A DNA stretch of 64,000 bases from Clostridium sp. (GTDB taxonomy: Bacteria > Bacillota > Clostridia > TANB77 > CAG-508). Positions 52,155 through 60,629 of this stretch are shown here, one piece after another. The notes under the pieces are model-generated. The model did not search any database, was not told where the DNA came from, and saw only the letters and a program-made list of their open reading frames with translations. Position 1 is the first letter of the stretch. Each line of letters begins with the position of its first letter. The DNA is taken from NCBI GenBank assembly GCA_052174015.1, contig JBQMXM010000004.1, forward strand, positions 10 to 64,009, given 5' to 3'. The translations under genes were made by a program, and so were the position numbers.

Positions 52155-53135
52155 TTAATCTAATATTGTTTTTATGTCATTAATTATATTTTCTAAAATT
52201 TCATCTATTGATTGTGTTGGATTTTTTACAGTTATTCCACTTGCAGACACATGTCCTCCACCACCATATATTTTAGCAATTTCATTTAATTTAATCTTAC
52301 ATTTTGATGTTTTTCTAAGTGAAAACTTATACCCATCTTCTATTTCTCTTGCAAATATAGCAACTTCTACTCCTTTAATATTTCTAACTTGTGCAACTAT
52401 TCTTTCTGTTTCACCAACTTTTGTATCACATGCTTTTTCTTCTTCAAGTGTTATTATTGTACTTGCTATTTTCCCATTATTTGAATATTTAATTTTACCA
52501 AATGCAATATTCTCTATTTTTAATTGTGAAATAGGTATCTCTCCTTCTATTTTTTCAAATATTTCTGCAATATCTACTCCTTTTAAATATGCATTTTTAG
52601 CAAAAGTAAAACTATCTGCATTTGTACTACTATATTTAAATCCACCTGTATCTGTAATAAGTCCTGTTATTAATGATTGCATAACTTTTGTGTCTAGTGC
52701 GTCTTTAGATACTTCCTTTAATATCTTATATATTATTTGTGTAGCAGATGGAGAATCTTCTTCTACATACATGTTATCCACAAATTGTCCACATCTTACA
52801 TGATGATCTATACATATTTTTTCTGCATTGCTTGATAACAATATATCTACATTTGGAAACCTACTTGCTTCTCCTCCATCTACAAATATTATTTGATTAA
52901 ATTCAGATATTTTTTTTAACATTTCTTCACCATTTAATACAACTACATCTGTTAAAAGAAAATTGAATGTTTCTGGTATATCTTCTAAATATACATATGC
53001 TTCTTTTCCAATTTTTTTTAAAAATTTAGCTATACCTACAGAACTTCCAATTGCATCTCCGTCTGGTGATATATGTCCAACTACTAAAATTTTTCTCATA
53101 TTTTCATTTTTTAATTTACTAACTATATTTTCCAT
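52155..53135 (-). CDS. nrnA: DHH-family oligoribonuclease/pAp phosphatase NrnA
   Basis: VVGHISPDGDAIGSS DHH motif and DHHA1 GGGGH motif (YGGGGHVSASG). Confidence 0.88.
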   Translation of the reverse strand: MENIVSKLKNENMRKILVVGHISPDGDAIGSSVGIAKFLKKIGKEAYVYLEDIPETFNFLLTDVVVLNGEEMLKKISEFNQIIFVDGGEASRFPNVDILLSSNAEKICIDHHVRCGQFVDNMYVEEDSPSATQIIYKILKEVSKDALDTKVMQSLITGLITDTGGFKYSSTNADSFTFAKNAYLKGVDIAEIFEKIEGEIPISQLKIENIAFGKIKYSNNGKIASTIITLEEEKACDTKVGETERIVAQVRNIKGVEVAIFAREIEDGYKFSLRKTSKCKIKLNEIAKIYGGGGHVSASGITVKNPTQSIDEILENIINDIKTILD

Positions 53136-53185
53136 ATATTTTTACTCCCTTTTATATAATTTAAATTTAAATTCAAAAATTCAAT

Positions 53186-53707
53186 TTAAAAATATTTACT
53201 TTTTCCTTCAAGTCCTTTAAAATTATTTTGTCTTAATATCTCATATATAATTATATTAACACTGTTTGCTAAATTAAGTGAACGCAATGTTTTTTTCATA
53301 GGTATTCTAATTGTGTTTTCTAAGTTTTCTTTTAATAACCATTCTGGTAATCCTTTTGTTTCTTTACCAAATAATATGTATATATCTTCTTTAATATTAT
53401 TATCAGATAAATTATCATTTTCTATATTTTCAAAATATTCTATATCTGAATAAATATTTTTTGCTTTTGTAGTTGCATAATATGTCCTACAATTACCATA
53501 TTTTTTTAAATATTCTTCTAATGATTCATGATATTCAATATCTAATTTATCCCAATAATCAAGTCCTGCTCTTTTTAACATTTTATCATCTGTATTAAAT
53601 CCAAGTGGTTTAACTAAATGTAATTTACAACCTGTTACTGCACAAGTTCTTGATATATTACCTGTATTTGATGGTATTTCTGGTTCTACCATTACAATAT
53701 TTATCAT
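53186..53707 (-). CDS. trmL: tRNA (cytidine/uridine-2'-O)-methyltransferase TrmL-like SpoU protein
   Basis: MINIVMVEPEIPSNTGNISRTCAVTGCKLHLVKPLGF... SPOUT fold. Start moved to the internal ATG (53705-53707), which has a GGAAGG RBS. The ORF-track extension MHILFAF... reads through that RBS. Confidence 0.8.
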   Translation of the reverse strand: MINIVMVEPEIPSNTGNISRTCAVTGCKLHLVKPLGFNTDDKMLKRAGLDYWDKLDIEYHESLEEYLKKYGNCRTYYATTKAKNIYSDIEYFENIENDNLSDNNIKEDIYILFGKETKGLPEWLLKENLENTIRIPMKKTLRSLNLANSVNIIIYEILRQNNFKGLEGKSKYF

Positions 53708-53779
53708 ATTTACCTTCCATTTCTTAAAAAATATTTTATTTAAAAAAGCAAACAAAATATGCAATCTGTTTGCTTTTAA

Positions 53780-54550
53780 TTATGTATTCATATTTTGCCT
53801 TATAGTTTCATATATTAATATTCCTGCAGATACTGAAGCATTTAATGATTGTACTTTTCCAATCATAGGTATTTTAACTAAAAAATCACAATTTTTTAAA
53901 ACTAATGGTGATATTCCTTTTTCTTCATTACCTATTACTATACAAATATCTCCTTTTAAATCACATTTATTATATGTTATACTACCTTCTAAACTTGTTC
54001 CAACTACCCACATTCCATATTTTTTACATGTATTTACTGCATCTTTAATATTAGATACTCGTATGATTGGTATATGTGCAACTGCTCCTGCAGATGTCTT
54101 ATATACAATTTTAGTAACTTGTGCTGCGTTTCTTTTTGGAATAACAACACCTATAAATCCTGCTGCTTCTGCTGTCCTAATAATTGCTCCTAAATTATGT
54201 ACATCTTCTATTTTATCTAAAATTACTATATGCTTATTTTTTTTATATTTAGAATTTTGTAATACTTCTTCTAAATCATAATACTTATATTCTGAAATAT
54301 TTGCAATTATACCTTGGTGTCCTAATGTAATTTTATCTAATCTTTGTTTATCTACTAAATCAAACATTATATTATTTGTTTTTAATATTCTAATATATTT
54401 ATCTAAATCTGATTTTTTTAAATCTTTTTGTAATAACACCCTATTTACTTCAACATTACTATCTAATAGTTCTTCTATAGTATTTTTACCATATACATAA
54501 TTTGATAAATCTATTTTATTATTTATACTATTCATATTGTTTTTACCCAT
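53780..54550 (-). CDS. rlmB: 23S rRNA (guanosine-2'-O)-methyltransferase RlmB-like (SpoU with N-terminal substrate-binding domain)
   Basis: N-terminal L30e-like domain (YGKNTIEELL...) and SPOUT catalytic domain (VILDKIEDVHNLGAIIRTAEAAG..., IGNEEKGIS..., IPMIGKVQSLNASVSAGILIYE). Confidence 0.85.
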   Translation of the reverse strand: MGKNNMNSINNKIDLSNYVYGKNTIEELLDSNVEVNRVLLQKDLKKSDLDKYIRILKTNNIMFDLVDKQRLDKITLGHQGIIANISEYKYYDLEEVLQNSKYKKNKHIVILDKIEDVHNLGAIIRTAEAAGFIGVVIPKRNAAQVTKIVYKTSAGAVAHIPIIRVSNIKDAVNTCKKYGMWVVGTSLEGSITYNKCDLKGDICIVIGNEEKGISPLVLKNCDFLVKIPMIGKVQSLNASVSAGILIYETIRQNMNT

Positions 54551-54553
54551 ATT

Positions 54554-55549
54554 TTATCTTGTAAGCCCCATTTTCTTTTTCATATCTTCAAATTTTGCTT
54601 TAGCTATTTTTTGAGTATGTATTCTTCCTTTTTCTAATATCTCATCTAATTCTTCACTATTAATTAATTCATAATATCTTTTTTGTATTCTACTTAGTTC
54701 TATAGAAACAACTTCTGCTACCGCTTCTTTAAACTCCTTATATGTACTGTCTTTAAAAGTTTCTTCTGCTTCTTGCATACTTACACCTTTTAATGCAATA
54801 TATATATTTAATAGATTAGATATTCCTGGTTTGTTTTCTTCATCAAAATATACTTTCATCTCTGAATCTGTTTCTGCTTTAAGTATTTTTTTCTTAACTG
54901 TATCTATATCATCTAATATCCTAATAACACTATTTGGATTATCACTTGATTTACTCATTTTCTTAGTTGGATTTTGTAAATCCATAATTTTAGTTCCTTC
55001 TTTAGTTATTAATACATCAGGAATATTAAATGTATTTCCATACAACTTATTAAATCTTAATGCAATATCACGTGTTAATTCAACATGTTGTTTTTGATCT
55101 ACTCCTACTGGAATAATATCTGCATCATATATTAAAATATCTGAAGCCATTAATACTGGATATGTGAATAATCCTGCAGAAAAGTTAGCATTTTTTTGAC
55201 TTTTTTCTTTAAATTGTATCATACGTGATAATTCACCAAAATATGTTGTACATTCAAGTAACCATGAAACATTTGTGTGATATTCATTTTCTGATTGAAG
55301 GAAAATAATATTCTTAGTTGAATCTACTCCTGCTGCTAAATATATTGCAAGTAATTTACGAATATTTTCCTTTAATACTTTTGGATCTTGCTTTATAGTT
55401 ATTGCATGCATATCTGCAATAAATAGGTATGAATTTTCATATTTATCTTGATTTTCAATAACCTGTTTTATAGCTCCTACATAATTTCCAAGAGTTATTT
55501 CTCCTGTTGGTTGTAATCCTGTTAATATTGTCTTGTTTATTTTTTCCAT
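54554..55549 (-). CDS. trpS: Tryptophan--tRNA ligase
   Basis: TGLQPTGEITLGNYVG (HIGH-region equivalent), KMSKS, 331 aa. Confidence 0.95.
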   Translation of the reverse strand: MEKINKTILTGLQPTGEITLGNYVGAIKQVIENQDKYENSYLFIADMHAITIKQDPKVLKENIRKLLAIYLAAGVDSTKNIIFLQSENEYHTNVSWLLECTTYFGELSRMIQFKEKSQKNANFSAGLFTYPVLMASDILIYDADIIPVGVDQKQHVELTRDIALRFNKLYGNTFNIPDVLITKEGTKIMDLQNPTKKMSKSSDNPNSVIRILDDIDTVKKKILKAETDSEMKVYFDEENKPGISNLLNIYIALKGVSMQEAEETFKDSTYKEFKEAVAEVVSIELSRIQKRYYELINSEELDEILEKGRIHTQKIAKAKFEDMKKKMGLTR

Positions 55550-55652
55550 GTTTCACCTCTTACTTTTAATATATAATTATTATACATTTTTTATGTGTAT
55601 TTTACAATAAAAATCAATAAAGTTATACAATTTTTTAACTATTACAAAACTT

Positions 55653-55681
55653 GATATAATTTACATAATATTGTATAATAT
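55653..55681 (+). promoter_or_regulatory. Sigma-A-type promoter for the only plus-strand gene
   Basis: TTGATAtaatttacataatattgTATAAT (17-nt spacer), about 60 nt upstream of the GGAGG RBS of ORF 55739-56086. Confidence 0.6.
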
Positions 55682-55738
55682 TAATAGTTTAAAAATTAGA
55701 TAATACAATAAATAATTATTTTTTGTAGGAGGTTTAAC

Positions 55739-56086
55739 ATGAGTAATAAAGTTGGGGTTATTGGTAGTAATAATTGTAAAAATGACTTACTAATGTATTT
55801 AATCAATGAAAAGGGAGTTCAAGATCTTGTACTATTTGGATATCAAGATTTTGAACACAATTCAATATCATTTCTTAAATTAGATGATAGCTTATTATCA
55901 AATGATATTGATACAGCATTATCATATTTAAGACATTGCAAACAAATCTATCTTATTGCAGGAGAATATCCTTTAGAGATAATATGCAAAATCATAGAGT
56001 TTGCAAATACTAATGATGATATTCATTCATTCATTCTAAACAAGGTAAGATACAATAACAATGAATATGTAATGATATCTAAATAA
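55739..56086 (+). CDS. Hypothetical protein (115 aa), the only plus-strand gene in the window
   Basis: Strong RBS taGGAGGtttaacATG, its own promoter, and a GGAGCAATATGCTCC plus T6 terminator. No recognisable family. Confidence 0.6.
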   Translation: MSNKVGVIGSNNCKNDLLMYLINEKGVQDLVLFGYQDFEHNSISFLKLDDSLLSNDIDTALSYLRHCKQIYLIAGEYPLEIICKIIEFANTNDDIHSFILNKVRYNNNEYVMISK

Positions 56087-56089
56087 AAA

Positions 56090-56110
56090 GGAGCATATTG
56101 CTCCTTTTTT
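56090..56110 (+). terminator. Rho-independent terminator of ORF 55739-56086
   Basis: GGAGCATATTGCTCC hairpin followed by TTTTTT. Confidence 0.75.
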
Positions 56111-56207
56111 CATTTACTTTTGTTTTTTACTTTTATTTTTTAACTTTTTTATATACTTTCTTATTTTAGTATTTATTCATTTTATATTATATTATCCTAA
56201 TATTATA

Positions 56208-57572
56208 CTAGTCTTTTATCTTCCACTCTCCATCACTTACTTTTTCTAGCATACTTCCGTCTAAATATACTACAGGTCTTAAGAATCGTGCGACACGTAT
56301 GTCCTGAAAAAGAGAATTAGCATAAGTACTAAATATAGTACTATTATTGATATTTCTTCCACCAACAGCATAAAGATTAAAAAACGCAGTATTAGAGTTT
56401 GCACCTACAAAGCGAGAACAAATCCAATACCAATCACTTTTAAATATATGATTTTTTAATTTTTCCTTATTTGCTTTTACCTTTGAATCTACTACTAATT
56501 CTTTATCATATTCTCCATTTGTATCTGCATGTATGTCATAATGTTCATTATCAAAACTTCGTTTAGTTATACTAATAGCATTTTCAATAAAACTATTTAT
56601 TGTTGGATAATACACTTTTTTACTTGTATATGCCGGGTCTTTGTAATGGTGTTCATCATCAAAATAATTCTTTTCATCATCTGTAAAATCTGTATGTTCT
56701 TCCCCTTTCATTATTTTAACTACATCTTCCATTATAATACTTCTTGCCCCAGAATTATTTAATGTTCTTGTTTTAGCTTCTCCTATATACTTATTACCTA
56801 CTTGATATGTTGTATTAGTAGGTACTGCTCCTTTACCATGTCCATATATACTACAAGCTTTATGTAATTCTTCTTCTGCATATAACCAACCTATTCCACC
56901 ATGTAATGTAAAAATATTATTATCTCCACCTACTACATCACCTAATGGTTCTTTACTCATTACTTTTATTTGATTATTTGCAGTAGATATAACTACCCAC
57001 TTGTTATTATTCGCTTTTGCAGTTACTGTTTGCACGCCATATCCATTACCACATATTTTAGCAGTTCCTTTTTGTGAAGTATATGTCAGTTTAGATTGTT
57101 CACTTACTCCTTTTGTTGGGTCATAAGTTATTATGTCTCCAACTTGTATTCCTGATTCTGATGATTGATTTTGCACTATTAATTTTCTTTCTATTCTACC
57201 ATCATCTATTTCATACTCTACTGTATATCCATTGTTTTTTGTTTTAAATTTTAGTAATTTTCCATTTTCTTCTACATTTATTTCTCCTTCTAAACCTATA
57301 CCTTGTTTATCTAATTCATCTTTAAAAGTAACTTTATTAAATTTTCCATCTTTATTTGTAAAACTTGCACTATATGCTGTCATTATTCTGTCTTTTTCTT
57401 GTGCTATTTCTTGCTCTTGCTTACTTTCTCTTGACTTAAATATTAATCCATTTTGCCCAAGTGCTAAACTAAGTGCTACTCCTGCAAGTATTAGTAATAC
57501 TATTATTGTAAGTACTAATGCAATTAATGTTATACCATTATTTTTGTTTGTATTTTTCTTACATTTTTTCAT
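56208..57572 (-). CDS. Secreted/surface protein paralog 2 (prepilin-like leader MKKCKKNTNKNNG|ITLIALV..., conserved core, WKIKD C-terminus)
   Basis: Start moved to the ATG preceded by the AAAGGGGA RBS; the ORF-track extension MISKKYIDTINYIERGLQ is a translation of the RBS region. Short basic leader ending in Gly, then a 21-aa hydrophobic stretch ITLIALVLTIIVLLILAGVAL. Core GDIITYDPTKGV...SKLTYTSQKGTAKICGNGYG...NNQIKVMSKEP...GGIGWLYAEEELHKACSIYGHGKG...SGARSIIMEDVVKIMKGEEHTDFTD. C-terminus FLRPVVYLDGSMLEK...WKIKD. Confidence 0.65.
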   Translation of the reverse strand: MKKCKKNTNKNNGITLIALVLTIIVLLILAGVALSLALGQNGLIFKSRESKQEQEIAQEKDRIMTAYSASFTNKDGKFNKVTFKDELDKQGIGLEGEINVEENGKLLKFKTKNNGYTVEYEIDDGRIERKLIVQNQSSESGIQVGDIITYDPTKGVSEQSKLTYTSQKGTAKICGNGYGVQTVTAKANNNKWVVISTANNQIKVMSKEPLGDVVGGDNNIFTLHGGIGWLYAEEELHKACSIYGHGKGAVPTNTTYQVGNKYIGEAKTRTLNNSGARSIIMEDVVKIMKGEEHTDFTDDEKNYFDDEHHYKDPAYTSKKVYYPTINSFIENAISITKRSFDNEHYDIHADTNGEYDKELVVDSKVKANKEKLKNHIFKSDWYWICSRFVGANSNTAFFNLYAVGGRNINNSTIFSTYANSLFQDIRVARFLRPVVYLDGSMLEKVSDGEWKIKD

Positions 57573-57799
57573 TTGTAATCCCCTTTCAATATAATTAATG
57601 GTATCAATATATTTTTTAGATATCAATATTTATATTATATATTATTATCTTTTTAGAAAAATGTAACACAAATATAATAATAACAGAAACATAATAAAAC
57701 TCATATCAATTATTAAATTGTTATGAGTTTTTACCTTTTATTTTAATTTTTTATATACTTTTTTATTTTAATATTTATTCATTTTATTATTATATTATA

Positions 57800-59164
57800 C
57801 TAGTCTTTTATCTTCCATTTTCCTTCACCTGTTTTTTCTAGCATACTTGGATTTAAATATACTACTGGTCTCAATAATGCATTAGCAGATGCTATTGGAG
57901 AATCAGAACCATAATCACCAATATAAACCATATTGCCATTGATATAGCTTGAATTCACAGCACGTATATAAAAATATACATCACCTGTGTTATAATTAAG
58001 CGGAGTACGAGAACTAATATAATAATTATACATATTATATATATGATTCTTTAACTTTTCCTTATTTTGTTTAATTTTTGAATCTGTTACCAATTCTTTA
58101 TCATAATTTGCTAGATCTATATGATACCATTTATTATCAAATATTTTCTTAATTCTACTACTTCCAACTAGTTCCGTGCTACTTACTGTTGGATAAAATA
58201 CCTCTCGGCTTTTTTTAGCTGGATCCATATATTCAGAATAGAATCCTTTCTTTTCTTCATCTGTAAAGTCTGTATGTTCTTCCCCCTTCATTATTTTAAC
58301 TATATCTTCCATTGTCATACTTCTTGCACCAGAACCTGTTAATGTTCTTGATTGTGCTTCTCCTGTTTCCTCATTACCTACTTTATATGTTGTGTTTGTT
58401 TTTATTGTTCCTTTTCCATGTCCATATACGCTACACGCTTTATGTAATTCTTCTTCTGCATATAACCACCCTATTCCTCCTTTAAATGAGAATTGATTAT
58501 TATTTCCACCTGAGACTTCACCTATAGGTTCTTTTATCATTACTTTTATTTGATTATTTGCAGTAGATAATACTATCCATTCATTTTGATTTTCTTTAGC
58601 TTTTACTGTTTGTTCTCCATATCCATTACCACCTGTACTTGGTGTTCCTAATTGGCTTTTGTATGTAAGCTTAGATTGGTCAGTAACACCTTTTGTCGGG
58701 TCATAAGTTATTATGTCTCCAACTTGTATTCCTAATTCTGCCGAATGATTTTGCCCTATTGATTTTCTTTTTAGTATACCCTTATCTATTTCATATTCTA
58801 CTGTATATCCTGTGTGGTTTGTTACAAGTTCTATTTTAAGTGGATTATCAGATATTGTTTTTAATTTATCCTTATCAAAATTTACTCCCGATTTTCTTAA
58901 TTCTTGTTCAAAGGTACCTTTTTCAAATTTTCCTTTATCTTTTGCAAAACTTGCTCCATATGCTGTCATTATTCTGTCTTTTTCTTGTGCTATCTCTTGC
59001 TCTTGCTGACTTTCTCTTGACTTAAAAATTAATCCATTTTGCCCAAGTGCTAAACTAAGTGCTACTCCTGCAAGTATAAGTAGTACTATTATAGTAAGTA
59101 CTAACGCAATTAATGTTATACCATTATTTTTATTATTATTTTGCTTTTTATTACATTTTTTCAT
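57800..59164 (-). CDS. Secreted/surface protein paralog 3 (tandem duplicate of paralog 2)
   Basis: First ~60 aa, the 5'UTR and the 3' flank are nearly identical to paralog 2. Leader MKKCNKKQNNNKNNG|ITLIALV.... Divergent middle. Same core and C-terminus (LLRPVVYLNPSMLEK...WKIKD). Confidence 0.65.
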   Translation of the reverse strand: MKKCNKKQNNNKNNGITLIALVLTIIVLLILAGVALSLALGQNGLIFKSRESQQEQEIAQEKDRIMTAYGASFAKDKGKFEKGTFEQELRKSGVNFDKDKLKTISDNPLKIELVTNHTGYTVEYEIDKGILKRKSIGQNHSAELGIQVGDIITYDPTKGVTDQSKLTYKSQLGTPSTGGNGYGEQTVKAKENQNEWIVLSTANNQIKVMIKEPIGEVSGGNNNQFSFKGGIGWLYAEEELHKACSVYGHGKGTIKTNTTYKVGNEETGEAQSRTLTGSGARSMTMEDIVKIMKGEEHTDFTDEEKKGFYSEYMDPAKKSREVFYPTVSSTELVGSSRIKKIFDNKWYHIDLANYDKELVTDSKIKQNKEKLKNHIYNMYNYYISSRTPLNYNTGDVYFYIRAVNSSYINGNMVYIGDYGSDSPIASANALLRPVVYLNPSMLEKTGEGKWKIKD

Positions 59165-59356
59165 TTGTAATCCCCTTTCAATATAATTAATGGTATCAAT
59201 ATATTTTTTAGATATCAATATTTGTATTATATATTATTATTTTTTTAGAAAATTGTAATAGAAATATAATAAAACTCATAACAATTATTAAATTGTTATG
59301 AGTTTTTACTTTTTATTTAATTTTTTAATTTTATAATATATTTCATATTTTAATAT

Positions 59357-60514
59357 CTATTTAACTAAATTAGTTACTTCTTTGTATAAGCTTGTATTTT
59401 GTAATCTTTTTCCTACTACATCTAATAATATTGATAAATCTTGTGGTTTACTTATTTTTTTAGCTTTTGATTTATCTGCAGTTATTTCTGCTACATTTCC
59501 TTTAACATTATATTTTGTTTTTGACTCTATTACTATATTTATAAAATCTGAATTAAGGTTTATATTTAATCCTTTAATCCTATTTTTAAAGTCTAATTTT
59601 GCTTTCATTTCTATATCTACTGTAGGTAATGTATCTACTTTTTTATCTATTTTTTCTTTGTCTTTTTTCTTTTGTTCTGCAGTTCTTGGTTTTACATTTA
59701 TTTCATTAACTCTTTTTTTAGCGTCTTCAATTCCTTTTTTAACTTGAGCTTCATTTAATTCAAAGAAATCATAATCCTTATTTGCTTGTACTTTTTCTAA
59801 TAGTCGTATATATGTTCTTATAACATCTTTTTGTAATTCATTATTATCTTTAGCTTCGTTTTCTAAATCTAATCCTATTTTCATTAAATCTCTTAAACTT
59901 GAATTAAATTTAATTTCATTTAATGTTGAACCTTTAAATTTCTTTTCTAATTCTAATGATATTTTTTTAATTTCTTTATGTTTTTTTGACATCTTGTTAA
60001 TATCTTGATTGATTATATCAATATATGGTACTATTTTTTGTATATCTTGTTTTTGAAGTACTTTTGAAATATCTGTAATATATGTTAAATTACTATCTCC
60101 ATATAGTCTTAATAATCCTTCTTTTTCTTTTAAATTAGCATAATGTTCTACTTTTAATAATTGTTCATTTTCTTTTTTTACATCTAAACTAACACTATTT
60201 TTATCATTTTTTTGCATTATTTTAGTATTTATAGTAAGTTTGTTAATTATATCATCAATTGGTTTTGCTTGTGTTTCTGGTAACCCTAAAACTTTTTCAA
60301 TTTTAGCATCATATACTTTTAATGTTGTTTCTGTTTCTAATGTTTCTGACTTTCCTGTTTCAACTAAGATAGTTGATATTTTTTTGATAGGTGACATAAA
60401 TAATAGTTTTGTTTTTCTATATGTTAAAGCAAATGCCGCTATTAATATAACTAATATTATTGTTACTATAGTTATTATTTTCTTATTATTTTTTAATTTT
60501 TCTTTTAATGCCAT
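59357..60514 (-). CDS. Membrane-anchored hypothetical protein
   Basis: N-terminal TM helix, K/E-rich soluble domain, no recognisable motif. Confidence 0.4.
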   Translation of the reverse strand: MALKEKLKNNKKIITIVTIILVILIAAFALTYRKTKLLFMSPIKKISTILVETGKSETLETETTLKVYDAKIEKVLGLPETQAKPIDDIINKLTINTKIMQKNDKNSVSLDVKKENEQLLKVEHYANLKEKEGLLRLYGDSNLTYITDISKVLQKQDIQKIVPYIDIINQDINKMSKKHKEIKKISLELEKKFKGSTLNEIKFNSSLRDLMKIGLDLENEAKDNNELQKDVIRTYIRLLEKVQANKDYDFFELNEAQVKKGIEDAKKRVNEINVKPRTAEQKKKDKEKIDKKVDTLPTVDIEMKAKLDFKNRIKGLNINLNSDFINIVIESKTKYNVKGNVAEITADKSKAKKISKPQDLSILLDVVGKRLQNTSLYKEVTNLVK

Positions 60515-60629
60515 ATTACACCTCCTAATTTATTGTATATTTTAATTATATATTTTAATTATTAATATATCAATCTTTTAACTCAATATTTCATACAAAT
60601 AATATTTAATGCTTTTATCTATTATTATT

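Larger units (their letters stand above)
56150..59350 (-). repeat. Tandem duplication of a ~1.6-kb unit (3' flank, CDS, RBS and 5' flank) carrying paralogs 2 and 3
   Basis: Regions 57573-57800 and 59165-59350 are near-identical (catttgtaatcccctttcaatataattaatggtatcaatatattttttagatatcaatattt...ctcat(a/t)(a/t)caattattaaattgttatgagttttta). 3' flanks actagtcttttatcttcca also match. Confidence 0.8.

Noticed and set aside
57573-57626. N-terminal extension MISKKYIDTINYIERGLQ on the two tandem surface-protein ORFs (and the equivalent at 59165-59218)
   Set aside because: The extension is a literal translation of the RBS region (…attgaaaGGGGAttacaaATG). The downstream ATG with proper SD spacing is the start, giving the prepilin-like MKKCKK… leader.
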